A stretch of 64,000 nt of DNA from NCBI GenBank assembly GCA_963736785.1, contig CAVTQG010000030.1:7206-71205 (forward strand), read 5' to 3'. Of the stretch, positions 1 to 9,193 are shown in pieces. Each line of letters opens with the position of its first letter. The stretch's first letter is position 1. The notes below the pieces were generated by a model. The model saw nothing but the letters and a program-made list of their open reading frames with translations, was not told where the DNA came from and ran no database searches. This DNA is from an uncultured Spirochaetota bacterium (GTDB lineage: Bacteria > Spirochaetota > Spirochaetia > SZUA-6 > DRHE01). The position numbers and the translations under genes are program-made.

Positions 1-234
1 GAGGCCACCATGGTGTACAGGGGGCTCTTCTCCGGCGAGCCCGGGGTTACCCGGGCTCGGGTCGGCGATGCCCTGGAAGGAAGCCGCCCAGTCGTGGCAG
101 GCCGAGCAATTGGCCTCCAGGACCTGGCGCACGGTGAGGAAGCCCTGGTTGGCTTCCTGGGAGCCGGCGGCGAAGGGAAAGCACAGGAGCAGCAGCAGGC
201 AGGCCGAAAGGCGAAGAACCGATTGCGAGCGCAT
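1..234 (-). CDS. Secreted c-type cytochrome-like protein, N-terminal part (gene continues past window start)
   Basis: ATG at 234 is preceded by AAGGAGG. My translation MRSQSVLRLSACLLLLLCFPFAAGSQE... is a signal peptide, followed by CSACH (CxxCH haem-binding motif). The frame is open to position 1, so it is absent from the ORF track because it has no in-window stop. Confidence 0.5.
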   Translation of the reverse strand, partial: MRSQSVLRLSACLLLLLCFPFAAGSQEANQGFLTVRQVLEANCSACHDWAASFQGIADPSPGNPGLAGEEPPVHHGGL

Positions 235-326
235 GGGCACCTCCTTTGTGCCGTCCAGGCCGGTCGCCCGGATCCGCGGCTGGCCCTCATCGTACCACAA
301 TCCCACCGGGCATGGTAGGATCGGGC

Positions 327-740
327 ATGCGCGAGACCGCCTGGTGCCGGCTGGCCGCCGCCGCGGCGCTGGCCGCCGCCGGCGCATCGGGGCAGGGTGC
401 CGGCGGGGTGGGCGTGGGCGGCACGGGCGGCACGGGCGGCGTGCTGGAAGCGCCCTGGACTATGGGGGACTGGCCAGGACCGGGCAGGCCCTCGTTCGAG
501 GCGCGCTGGGACCGGGTGGGACGGGAGGCGATCCCCATCGTCGGGCGGGCGCCCCTGTTTCTCAGGGCCCTCTCCGAGCGCATGGGCGAGGCCGCCTTCG
601 ACCGCTTGCTGGAAGGCTACGTTCGGCGCTGGACCTGGCGGATGGCCTCGGCGGGGGATTTCCTGGCGCTGGCTGAAGAAACCTGCGGCTGTCCTCTGGC
701 GGAGCTGGCCGGGCGCTGGGGCGCGATCAGCCGGCCGTAG
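327..740 (+). CDS. Hypothetical secreted protein with M1-peptidase-like C-terminal segment
   Basis: In-frame ATG inside track ORF 246..740. MRETAWCRLAAAAALAAAGASGQG looks like a signal peptide. FLRALSERMGEAAFDRLLEGYVRRWTWRMASAGDFLALAEE resembles the helical region downstream of M1 peptidase catalytic domains, but there is no HEXXH. The antisense frame is also open. Confidence 0.35.
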   Translation: MRETAWCRLAAAAALAAAGASGQGAGGVGVGGTGGTGGVLEAPWTMGDWPGPGRPSFEARWDRVGREAIPIVGRAPLFLRALSERMGEAAFDRLLEGYVRRWTWRMASAGDFLALAEETCGCPLAELAGRWGAISRP

Positions 741-804
741 CGGCAACCGGGGCGGGAGCGCCCGGACGGCCGGCGCCGGGAGCGCCGCCGCAGGTCCCGT
801 GCCG

Positions 805-2058
805 TCAGGCCCGCCGCGGTGCGCGGCCGCGGGGGCGCGCAGGGCGAGCAGGGCGTCCATCCACTTCAGCGGGCTTTCCCGGCGGAAGGGGATGCGGTAC
901 AGGCGGCCGCGGAACACGAAGTGCAGCTTGTCGCCGGGCTCCACGCTCAAGCTGTCCAGCTCGGCCAGCGGGGCGTCCAGGCGGATGCCGGCCTTGCCCT
1001 TGAACAGCAGGCGGCGGTCGGTCAGGAGCGCCCGGCCGAAGGCGAACAGCCTGAGGCGCGGGAAGCGCTTCTCCCGGAACAGGAAATGGGCGCGGCTCAC
1101 CAGGTACAGCTTCTCGCCGGGATCCAGGCGCACCAGCGCCGAGCGGATCGGGGTCAGGGGCAGCGCCCGGATGCGCCGGTACCATTCCGCCACCGTGCGG
1201 CTCTCCCCCACGTCCCGGCCGTGCTCGTCCACCGGGGTCACCCGGCTGCGCAGGTCCACCCGCCAGGTGGAGAAGCAGCTGCGGCATTCGATCTGGTTGG
1301 TGGACAGGGGGCGCACGGCGCTCAGGCCTTCCACGGTGTGGCAGTTGGGGCAGCGGTACAGCACCTTGGACAGCCCGGCCGCCAGCCCGGTGAAATGATG
1401 GTGGGGGTCGTCGATCGGCAGCTCGTAGTCGCGGATCTCGATGGCCCGGGCGATATCGCTCAGGATCTGCTGTTCGGATTCCGGGATGTCATCGCGGGCG
1501 TACAGGCGGTTGAAGATCATGCGCACCGGGATGCGCCGCCATTTGGAGGCCCAGCGCGGCCAGGCCAGGTAGCCGCCCTCCAGCCGGCAGGTGTACACGG
1601 GCACCTTCATCCGGCGGATCAGGCGGGCGATCGTGGGGATCAGCGGCCCGTTGGTGCCGTCCCAGGTGCGCACCCCCTCCGGGTACAGCCCCAGGAGGCC
1701 GCCGCGCCCCAGGACCTGCATCATGTTCTTCATGGTCTTGAGGTCCGAGGCGGCCTTGCGCTTGGGGAAGGCGCCGAGCCAGCGCAGAGAGCCCGCCGAG
1801 GAAGCGGCCGCGGAACAGCTCCTCGGTGGCCACGAAGTAGACCGGCCGCCGCAGCGCGTCGTAGATCCAGATCGGGTCGAAGAGGGTGACGTGGTTGGCC
1901 ACCAGGATTCCGCCGCCGCTGCGGGGCACCACCAGGGCGTTGACCGGCTGGAGTCGAAACAGGTATTGGATGGGCTTCCGCAATAACAGGAGAACCAGCT
2001 GGTAGAACCAGCGCCGGACCGGGCGCACCTCCCGCGGCTGGGACCTGGAGCTGCTCAC
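805..2058 (-). CDS. PlsC-family acyltransferase with internal zinc ribbon and C-terminal beta-rich domain (frame-disrupted; 3' end uncertain)
   Basis: Track ORF 1489..2058 gives the N-terminus with the HX4D motif (ANHVTLFD). After a frame break near 1775 my minus-strand translation continues FPKRKAASDLKTMKNMMQVLGRGGLLGLYPEGVRTWDG..., then CPNCH...CRSC, then ...KLHFVFRGRLYRIPF, colinear with the paralogue at 12154..13767. That frame stays open to position 1, so the end at 805 (first stop in the adjacent frame) is a guess. Confidence 0.6.
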
Positions 2059-2070
2059 CTGCTGTTTCCT

Positions 2071-2841
2071 CTATCCAGCACAATAGGGGCAGCGCGGCCG
2101 GCAAGTCAAGCGCGGCGAGCCCCCGCGCCGGCGCGGCCGGCGCGAAAGGCCCTCCAGCGCTCCCCCGCCTGGGCCCGCCCCTCCAGGAGCACGCGGCCCG
2201 GGCGCTTCTCCTGCTGCCGCCCGCCCCGCCTCCTCCAGCAGGCCCGCGACCCGCTCCTCCAGCCAGCCGGCCTCCGGGAAGGACGCCCGGCGCCGGCCTC
2301 GCAGGACGCGGTCGAACAGGAACAGGGCTTCCGGGCGCTGGTTCTCGTAGAACTCGCAGCGCATGGCCAGGGGCAGGATCGCCACCGGGGCGCCGTGCTC
2401 GCGCCAGGATGCGCTCCACGCCGCGCTGAAAGCCCAGCGGCCGGTCGGAGGGATGGCGGATGCCGCCCTGGGGAACAGGCCCAGGGCGTTGGCCGGATCG
2501 CGAAGCACCGAGGCCGCGTAGGCCAGGGAGGCGGCCACCTCGCCGCCGCAGCCCGGCCGGATGGTGAAGGCCCCCACGCGCCGGAAGAATCGGAAACGGG
2601 TCACGTGCTCCTCCAGCACCATCAGGTGCAGGCGCCGCCCCAGCAGCCGGCGGTTCAGCTCATAGAGGAACAGCCCGTCCCACCAGCTGCCGTGGTTGGG
2701 CAGGATCAGCAGCGGCAGCCCGGGCGGCGGGAGGGGGGCTCGCCCAAGAGGCGCAGCGCGTGGAAATGCCGCCGCAGCAGACGGGTGAGGTAGATCGAGA
2801 AGAGGGCCTCCGCCCAGGGCTGGTGCCGCGCGGTGATCATA
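2071..2841 (-). CDS. Lysophospholipid/glycerol-phosphate acyltransferase family protein (frame-disrupted)
   Basis: MITARHQPWAEALFSIYLTRLLRRHFHALRLLG (tail of track ORF 2706..3245) joins, after a frame break, to LLILPNHGSWWDGLFLYELNRRLLGRRLHLMVLEEHVTRFRFFRRVGAFTI (HX4D motif; track ORF 2071..2622). At least two frame changes. Confidence 0.55.
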   Translation of the reverse strand, partial: YDHRAAPALGGGPLLDLPHPSAAAAFPRAAPLGRAPLPPPGLPLLILPNHGSWWDGLFLYELNRRLLGRRLHLMVLEEHVTRFRFFRRVGAFTIRPGCGGEVAASLAYAASVLRDPANALGLFPRAASAIPPTGRWAFSAAWSASWREHGAPVAILPLAMRCEFYENQRPEALFLFDRVLRGRRRASFPEAGWLEERVAGLLEEAGRAAAGEAPGPRAPGGAGPGGGALEGLSRRPRRRGGSPRLTCRPRCPYCAG

Positions 2842-2946
2842 CCCCCCGATTCTGGGGGAAGTTGAATTCCTGTGTCAACGAACTTGCCCGGTATCGTAGG
2901 ATTGCGGTAATGTTCCTGGAGTAAGCGGAAACGCGGAGGAGGGAAC

Positions 2947-3650
2947 ATGAAACGACTGGTGGCATTCTGCTGATGCTGGCCGCGGCGGCGGCCTTGCTTT
3001 CGGCCGCGGAGCAGGAAGTGGATGTGGTGTACCTGAAGGACGGCAGCGTCCTGCGCGGGACGATCGTCGAGCGGCAGACCTATCCCGTGGAGGGCATCGT
3101 CTTGCGCACCGGCGACGGCCTGAAAATCCCCATCCCCATGGACAAGATCCAGCGCATCACCCAGGAGGTGGCGGAGGGGCAGGCGAGCGGCGGAGCTGCC
3201 GGCATGGGGGGCGCGCTGATCGAGCCCGTACGCCATCGAGGTCAACCTGCTGGGTTTCCTGCAGTTCGGGCCCTTCGCCCGCTTCCACTTCCGCGTCGGC
3301 GACGGCCTGACCGTGGCCCCGCACCTGCGCGTGGGCTACGCCGGGCTCCTGCCCTGGGTGCTTTTCGGCAACCCGGACATCGGCGTGGGCACCTCCGTGC
3401 TGGGCTTTTTCCCCGCCGGGCTCGGGAACAACCGGATCTACGCCGGGGGCTTCGCCGAGGTGTCGCTGAACCTGGAGAGCAACCTGCATCGTCACCGGCG
3501 GGGGCAACGCCGGCTACCGCTTCCGCTTCCCGGGCGGGCGCTACTGGAACGTGGGCGGCTTCGCCGGCGCTGTTCTACGACACCTGGTGGGAGACGCTGT
3601 ACTTCTTCGGCATGGTGGAGCTGGCCTGGGGCAAGGAGTTCGGCAGATGA
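2947..3650 (+). CDS. Hypothetical exported protein (frame-disrupted)
   Basis: ATG at 2947 (MKRLVAF..) stops after 8 codons. The rest lies in track ORFs 2973..3650 and 3313..3786: a hydrophobic leader, EQEVDVVYLKDGSVLRGTIVE, a Gly/aromatic beta-strand-like middle, and an end ...LYFFGMVELAWGKEFGR. No family recognised. Confidence 0.4.
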
Positions 3651-4345
3651 AGCGCTCCCAGATCAACCGTTACATGAAGCAGACGATCAGCCTGCTCGCC
3701 AAGAACCGCTTCCACCTGCCGCCCTTCGCCTTCTGGTCGCCGGCGGACTGGGCAGTGCAAGGGGACGGAATGCCAGGAGATCGTGAAGCAGCAGCTGGGC
3801 TGGGACATCACGGATTTCGGGCTCGGGGACTTCGAAACCACCGGCCTGATCCTGTTCACCATCCGCAACGGCACCCTGGAGGAGCTGCAAAAGCCGGGCG
3901 GCAAGACCTACGCCGAGAAAATGCTGATCGTGCGCGAGCGGCAGGTCACCCCCACCCATTTCCACTTCCAGAAAATGGAAGACATCATCAACCGCGGCGG
4001 CGGGCGAGCTCGAGATCCAGCTGTGGAACTCCACCGCCGGAGGAGGAGCTGGCGGACAGCGAGGTGAGCGTCAGCGTGGACGGCACGCGCCGGACAGTCC
4101 CGGCCGGGGGCACCGTGATCCTCAATCCCGGGGAGTCCATCTGCCTGCCCGCGCGGCTGTACCACAAGTTCTGGGGGCGGGAGGGCAAGGGCACGGTGCT
4201 GGTGGGCGAGGTGAGCCGGGTCAATGACGATTACGTGGACAACCGGTTCTACGAGAAGGTCGGTCGCTTCGCCAAGATCGAGGAGGACGAGCCCCCGCTG
4301 CACCTGCTGTACGACGACTACAAGCGCTACTATCGCCTGGCCTGA
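3647..4345 (+). CDS. D-lyxose/D-mannose ketol-isomerase-like cupin (frame-disrupted twice)
   Basis: MKRSQINRYMKQTISLLAKNRFHLPPFAFWSP (frame of ORF 3551..4345) is followed by GWDITDFGLGDFETTGLILFTIRNG...KMLIVRERQVTPTHFHFQKMEDIINRGGG (ORF 3783..4067). It then returns to the first frame with ...ICLPARLYHKFWG...VSRVNDDYVDNRFYE. The ATG overlaps the upstream stop (ATGA). Confidence 0.7.
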   Translation: MKRSQINRYMKQTISLLAKNRFHLPPFAFWSPADWAVQGDGMPGDREAAAGLGHHGFRARGLRNHRPDPVHHPQRHPGGAAKAGRQDLRRENADRARAAGHPHPFPLPENGRHHQPRRRASSRSSCGTPPPEEELADSEVSVSVDGTRRTVPAGGTVILNPGESICLPARLYHKFWGREGKGTVLVGEVSRVNDDYVDNRFYEKVGRFAKIEEDEPPLHLLYDDYKRYYRLA

Positions 4346-5169
4346 ACGGCCGCCGCCGGCCTCGCCTGCGGCGCGTGCTGGAGGCGGATCGGCCGCCGGT
4401 CGCGGTAGCGCACCTGCCGCAGCCCGGGGCAGGCGGCGATCCACTGGTCCACCTCGTCGAAGCCGTAGCCCACCAGGTGCGGCTCGTGCGCGTCCGAGCC
4501 CGTGATCACGGACAGGCCGCGGGCGGGCGGCCAGCGGCAGGATGTCCGGCAGGGGGTAGGGCAGCCTCCAGGAGCGGCGCATGCCGGAGGTGTTGATCTC
4601 CAGGCTCATGCCCGCCTGGGCGGCCAGCGACAGCACCTCCTCCACGTCCTGCGCATTGGAGGGCAGCACCGGGTGGCCGGGCTGGCGGATCAGGTCCAGG
4701 TGGGCCACCGCGTCGTACAGACCGCTGCGCGATCCCGCGCTTCAGCGCCTCGAAGTAGTCGTGGTAGATCGCCGCCAGGGGCCGGCCCGGGAAATCGAAG
4801 TCGAACACCCAGTTCTCCCCGGGCCAGTCGCGCACGAAGTGCACGGACAGGAGCACCAGGTCCAGGGGGTAGCGGCCGAGGAACTCCTCGACGGTTTTCT
4901 CGAAACCGTCGTAGAAATCCGCCTCGACGCCGCAGAGGATGGAAAGCTCCGGGTAGCGGGCGCGCAGGCGCTCGACCTCCCGGAAATAGCGGTCCGCGTC
5001 CGCGGGCTCCATGCGCAGCCCTTCCGGCCCGCGGGCGAAGCCGGGCAGGGGGATGTGCGGGGTGAAGCAGATCTCCTGCAGGCCGCGGGCCAGGGCCTCG
5101 CTCCACGTACTGCTCCATGCGGCCCACCGCGTGGCGGCAGAAGGGAGTGTGCAGGTGATAATCGAACAT
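4330..5169 (-). CDS. Histidinol-phosphatase, PHP family (frame-disrupted)
   Basis: MFDYHLHTPFCRHA (start at 5169) is followed by ...ILCGVEADFYDGFEKTVEEFLGRYPLDLVLLSVHFV... and ...SLEINTSGMRR..PYPLPDILPLAA. My translation then gives RGLSVITGSDAHEPHLVGYGFDE. The gene is spread over three track ORFs (4690..5580, 4506..5012, 3908..4708). Confidence 0.75.
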
Positions 5170-5204
5170 GCGCGGGGAAGGGTTTCCTTGCGGCGAGACG
5201 GCGC

Positions 5205-5672
5205 TCAGCCGACCTGGGTGGTCAGGAAGATGGGCAGGGTCATGTGCCCGATCTGGTCCTGCAGCTCCTCGATCTCGTCGATGTGCCGGTCCTCGTCCTC
5301 CAGGATCTCCTCCAGGATCTCCCGGGTGGCGAAGTCGTTGACCTCCCCGGCCAGCTTGATGCCCTCGTTGTAGGCCTTGATGGCCCCGGCTTCCGCCGCG
5401 TGGTCGTTCTCCAGCATCTTGGGCACTTCCGCGCCGATGCTGATCTTGTTCAGCTGGCTCACCACGGGCCGGCCCTCCAGGAACAGGACGCGGGCGATGA
5501 GCTTCTCGGCGTGCTTCATCTCCTCGATGGCGCGCTTCTCGAAGTACTTGTGCAGCTTCTCGTAGCCCCAGTTGTCGCACATCTCGGAGTGCACCATGTA
5601 CTGGTTGATGGCCGTGAGCTCGTCGGCCAGCAGCGCGTTGAGCGTGGTGATCAGTTTGTCGTTGCCTTTCAT
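5205..5672 (-). CDS. bfr: Bacterioferritin
   Basis: Intact 155-aa ORF. MKGNDKLITTLNALLADELTAINQYMVHSEMCDNWGYEKLHKYFEKRAIEEMKHAEKLI...EDEDRHIDEIE matches bacterioferritin over its full length, including the di-iron ligand pattern. Confidence 0.95.
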   Translation of the reverse strand: MKGNDKLITTLNALLADELTAINQYMVHSEMCDNWGYEKLHKYFEKRAIEEMKHAEKLIARVLFLEGRPVVSQLNKISIGAEVPKMLENDHAAEAGAIKAYNEGIKLAGEVNDFATREILEEILEDEDRHIDEIEELQDQIGHMTLPIFLTTQVG

Positions 5673-5739
5673 TGTTCGCCTCGGGTGAACCTATAATAGA
5701 TCATTTCCGGGCCTTGAAAAGGCCATGAAGGGAGAGAGG

Positions 5740-6288
5740 ATGAAACGCAAGACTTGGGTCGTGGTTTGCCTGGTAGTGGTGCTGGTCTGCGGCGTGGCGC
5801 TGGCCGCCGGGGCGCAGGCCAAGAAGGCGAGAAGAAGATGGACTGGGGGGCGAGCGGCTGGGCTCATCTTCAACATCTGGGACCTCGGTGGGGTCGCCGC
5901 TCCAGCGACGGATTGTCGACCGGGCCTGGGCGTGAAGTACTGGATTGCGGATAAGATGGCGATTCGCGCGCTCTCTGGATTTCGAGTACCTGCATAACAC
6001 AGGCGGCCGGGACACCACGACACCGTTTTCGGCCTGTCGGGGGCTTTCGAGTACCACTTCATGACAGGGCAGGGTTTCCCCGTACACGGGCGGCCTGGTG
6101 GGATTCGAATCCAGCGTGACGGCGACACCAGCGACCTGAGCCTGCTCCTCGGCGGCCTGTTCGGCGTCGAGGTGCGGGTGCTGGAGTCCCTGGGGCTGTT
6201 CGCCGAGTACAACCTGCGCCTGTCTTACGAACGAGCCGGTCGTCAATATCGACGCTGGCAGCCGGCAACAATGCCTCGCTCGGGGTGA
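5740..6288 (+). CDS. Small exported beta-barrel-like protein (frame-disrupted, boundaries uncertain)
   Basis: Signal peptide MKRKTWVVVCLVVVLVCGVALAAGAQA (inside ORF 5725..5997). The later segment LGGLFGVEVRVLESLGLFAEYNLRLSYE (ORF 6061..6288) has alternating beta-strand character. Confidence 0.35.
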
Positions 6289-6320
6289 GTCGTCTACCTG
6301 CCGAAAGGCAGGGACGGCGC

Positions 6321-7125
6321 TCAGACGCCGACCAGGCGGGAAAGGCCCAGGCCGATCCCGTAGGCCGCGGCGGCGGCCAGGCCGCCGACGACGAGCATCT
6401 CCGCGCCCGCCGGCCAGCCAGCTGCGCCGGGTGAAGCGCGACTTGAGCGCGCCCAGGACGAAGAGGGTCAGGCCGGTGAGGGCGATGGACAGCGGCGAAG
6501 GTGCGGCCGGCGAGCGCGGGCAGGAAGCGCGCGCCCACGTAGGCGGCCAGGGGGATGAAGCCGAACAGGGCGAAGGACAGGAAGGTGGCCAGGGCGTGCT
6601 TCCAGGGGCGACTCGCTCGCTTTCCACGATGCCCAGCTCCTCGGCCATCATCACCGACACCCAGGCCTGCTTGTTGCGCGCCAGGACCTCGGTGACGGCC
6701 CGCGCGTCGCCGGGGTCCATGCCCCGCGCGGTGTACAGCTCCACCATCTCCCGCTTCTCGCCCTCCGGGTAGTTCTCCACCTCCCAGGCCTCGCGCTCCC
6801 GCTCCGCCCGGTTGTACTCCTGCTCCGCCTTGGTGCTCAGGAAGTCGCCGATGGCCATGGACAGGCCGTCGGCCACCAGGTTGGCGAAGCCCATGATCAG
6901 CACCACCCCGGCCGAGAGGGAGGCGCCGGCCACGCCGGCCACCACGGCGAAGGTGGTGACGATCCCGTCCAGCCCGCCGTACACCATGCTCTTGATGTAC
7001 TGCCCCTGGGCCTGCTGGTGCTCCTCCAGCGCCTCGTCGCGCGGGCGGTCGTGGGCGTGGCGCGAGAGCTCGGCGTTGCGGCTCTTGTAGGCCTGCAGGG
7101 CCTTGTCCAGGTTTCTCGACAGCAT
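6321..7125 (-). CDS. VIT1/CCC1-family iron/manganese transporter (frame-disrupted)
   Basis: MLSRNLDKALQAYKSRNAELSRHAH...YIKSMVYGGLDGIVTTFAVVAGVAGASLS..ANLVADGLSMAIGDFLSTKAEQEY..REMVELYTARGM lies inside track ORF 5701..7683. The C-terminal TM helices are recovered in other frames, ending ...GGAEMLVVGGLAAAAAYGIGLGLSRLVGV-stop at 6321. Confidence 0.8.
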
Positions 7126-7126
7126 A

Positions 7127-7577
7127 CTACCCTTGAGTATCGGCAGGCCCCTGCGTTTTCTCCTGCTCCCCCGTCTGGCGGCGCTCCAGGAAGCGGTCGA
7201 AGGCCTCCCGCCCCTCCTGCTCCCAGAACTCCCGCCAGTAGCGCCAGCGCTCGGGTCCGGAGTGCCGGCCGCCCCAGTCCCCGTGCCTCCAGTCGTGGCC
7301 GGGGGCCGCGCCAGCGCCGGCCATGCCCGCGACCGCCCCCTACGGCCCCGAAGATCAGCTTGGCCAGCACCACGATGCCGAAGGCCTGCCAGTAGGTGAT
7401 GCTCCCCAGTCCGAAGATCGCGGGCATGAGCCAGTTCCACAGCAGCATCACGAACCAGCCGAAGGCCAGGGCGAACACCGCGGCGGCCAGCACCCCCAGG
7501 ATCACCAGCCCGACGATGCGCAGCACGCGCAGCGGCGGGAAGGAAACGGGAAACTCTTCGTCCATACGGTCGTTCAT
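7127..7577 (-). CDS. Small two-TM membrane protein with Trp/Arg/Glu-rich tail (one frame break)
   Basis: MNDRMDEEFPVSFPPLRVLRIVGLVILGVLAAAVFALAFGWFVMLLWNWLMPAIFGLGSITYWQAFGIVVLAKLIFG (ORF 6897..7577) joins ...DWRHGDWGGRHSGPERWRYWREFWEQEGREAFDRFLERRQ (ORF 7127..7324). It lies directly downstream of the ECF sigma gene. Confidence 0.5.
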
Positions 7578-7595
7578 ACTCCTCCTCCAGGTTCT

Positions 7596-8108
7596 TTAGG
7601 TTTTCAGGTGCGCGAGCGAGGCGCGCAGGGTCTTCACCGCCCGGTGCTTGCGGGCCAGCAGGGTGCCGATCGGAACGCCCCACCTGGCCGCCAGCTCCCG
7701 GAAGCTGGAACCCTCCATCTCCGTGGCCAGGAACACGGCCCGCTGCGGGGCCGGCAGCCGGTCGATGGCCGCGAACAGTCCTTCCCGCAGCTCCCGCCCT
7801 GCCGCCACCCCGGCGGCCTCGGTGCGCTCGTCGGCCAGCTCCTCGGGCAGAGGCTCGCTCGCGCGCCGGCGCCTGCGGTACAGGTCCACGACCCGGTTGC
7901 GCAGCGCCCGGTACACGTACGCGGACAGGTCCCGTATTGGCTCGGCCAGGTTCGTGGATTCGAACAGGCTCAGGGCCACGTCCTGCACCACGTCCTCCGC
8001 GTCCCGTTCGGCCGTGTCAGCCAGCCAGGAGCGCGCCGAGCGGACCAGCTGTTGCCACTCCGCGGCCAGGAATTGGGACAGGCGCTGGCGATGCCGTTCC
8101 GCGCTCAC
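7596..8108 (-). CDS. RNA polymerase sigma factor, ECF (sigma-70 group 4) family
   Basis: Intact 170-aa ORF. Region 2 is DVVQDVALSLFES...YVYRALRNRVVDLYRRR. Region 4 is LPAPQRAVFLATEMEGSSFRELAARWGVPIGTLLARKHRAVKTLR. Confidence 0.9.
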   Translation of the reverse strand: MSAERHRQRLSQFLAAEWQQLVRSARSWLADTAERDAEDVVQDVALSLFESTNLAEPIRDLSAYVYRALRNRVVDLYRRRRRASEPLPEELADERTEAAGVAAGRELREGLFAAIDRLPAPQRAVFLATEMEGSSFRELAARWGVPIGTLLARKHRAVKTLRASLAHLKT

Positions 8109-8157
8109 ATTCTTACCGACGCGCGGAGGGGAGTTTTATTGCACCCGCCGGCAGGAT

Positions 8158-8992
8158 TCAGGTGTGGGGCATGAAGCCGTACAGCTCGGTGGAGAAGAAG
8201 ATGCGGTTTTCCACCTGGGTTCACCCCCGGGACGGCGCGGGCGATTTGCTCGCAGCGGGATGACCGCCCCATGGGTGTTCACCGTACCGTTGAGGGTGAC
8301 CACCCCGTCGCGCGCCTCGGTCTCCAGGAACTTGACCGGGATGTTCTCGGTGTACAGGATGGCCGTTTCCACCCGCTGCTTCAGGCACAGGTCGGCCAGG
8401 CGCTTCTCCCGCTGCCTTCTGGGTGTCCTTGCCGTCCAGCAGGCTGATGACCTTGCGCAGCAGCTCCGCGGCAGCTCTCGCCGTCGATGGTCTGGGTGTT
8501 GAGCACCAGGTCGTAGAGGCTGGCGTCTTCCCAGTTGACGTTGAAGAAGAAGCGGTGGAAGCCGGTCCGGGCCTGGTCGCTGTGACGGATGATGGCCTCG
8601 GCGTGCCGGTCGTCGCACTTGTAGGCCTTCTTGATGCGCTCGATGCGGGTGGGCAGGGGGGCGATCACCCGCACGTGGTAGACGCCGGGCACTCCGGCCA
8701 GCAGGACCTGGCCGCCGCGCCCCAGCACGATCCCGTTTCCCTGCAGGGCGAACTCGTAGATGACCGTCTTGAGGAAGTGCAGGTAGCGATTGCGCTCCGA
8801 GGAGAAGATTTCCCAGAAGGAGGGGCGCTTTTCGTCGTACTTCTGCAGGCTGGCCGACGACACGCCGTAGCCCGCCAGCGCCTTCTCCAGTGACTCCTTG
8901 TCCAGGAACCGGTACTTCAAAGGCTCGACCAGCGCCTTCGCGATCTGGGTTCCGAAACTTCCGCTCTGGCGGGACAAGGTCAGGATCGCCAT
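8158..8992 (-). CDS. Cytidylate-kinase-like family protein with C-terminal BON domain (frame-disrupted)
   Basis: MAILTLSRQSGSFGTQIAKALVEPLKYRFLDKESLEKAL...GRGGQVLL...YHVRVIAPLPTRIERI (ORF 8381..9118; GGAGG upstream of ATG 8992). The BON-like LKQRVETAILYTENIPVKFLETEARDGVVTLNGTVNTHG is in ORF 8136..8618. My translation gives the end ...QVENRIFFSTELYGFMPHT-stop at 8158. Confidence 0.65.
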
Positions 8993-9111
8993 ACTCCTAC
9001 CTCCTTGCCAATGAGCTTCTACTTCATACGATAGCGGAGTCGATGCGGGAAATGCAAGCGAAAGCCGGCCGGCTTCCGGCCGGGTGCCGGCTAGATACCT
9101 GACAATTCCAG

Positions 9112-9139
9112 TTGACAATAAGCCGGTGAGGTGTAGGTT
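9112..9139 (+). promoter_or_regulatory. Candidate sigma-70 promoter of the cop operon
   Basis: TTGACA (9112-9117), a 16-nt spacer, then TAGGTT (9134-9139), about 55 nt upstream of the copA ATG. Sequence inspection only. Confidence 0.4.
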
Positions 9140-9155
9140 GAGGGGAGAAATTGAT

Positions 9156-9172
9156 CCCCCCCCCAGGGGGGG
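9156..9172. promoter_or_regulatory. C9-A-G7 palindrome, candidate CsoR operator
   Basis: CCCCCCCCC-A-GGGGGGG lies between the putative -10 element and copA. CsoR operators are known to be GC-tract inverted repeats, and a csoR gene is in the same operon. Confidence 0.5.
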
Positions 9173-9193
9173 AGGGGTAGCGGGGTAACAAGA

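Noticed and set aside
246-326. The longer version of the first plus-strand ORF, starting at 246 (MCRPGRSPGSAAGPHRTT...).
   Set aside because: The first 27 codons overlap the promoter and RBS region of the divergent cytochrome gene and have shadow-ORF composition. The internal ATG at 327 begins a plausible signal peptide.
5685-5722. A possible Fur box (CTATAATAGATCATTT) and a small hairpin GGCCTT-GAA-AAGGCC upstream of bfr and between bfr and the exported ORF.
   Set aside because: It shows only partial resemblance to the 19-bp Fur consensus when aligned by eye. It could equally be a plain TATAAT -10 element. That is not enough to call.
9064-9092. A strong GC hairpin (GCCGGCCGG-CTT-CCGGCCGGG) in the divergent spacer upstream of the cop promoter.
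   Set aside because: It lies between two divergently transcribed genes, so it cannot act as a terminator for either. It has no flanking U-tract and no recognisable riboswitch or sRNA context. GC-rich palindromes of this size are common in such genomes.
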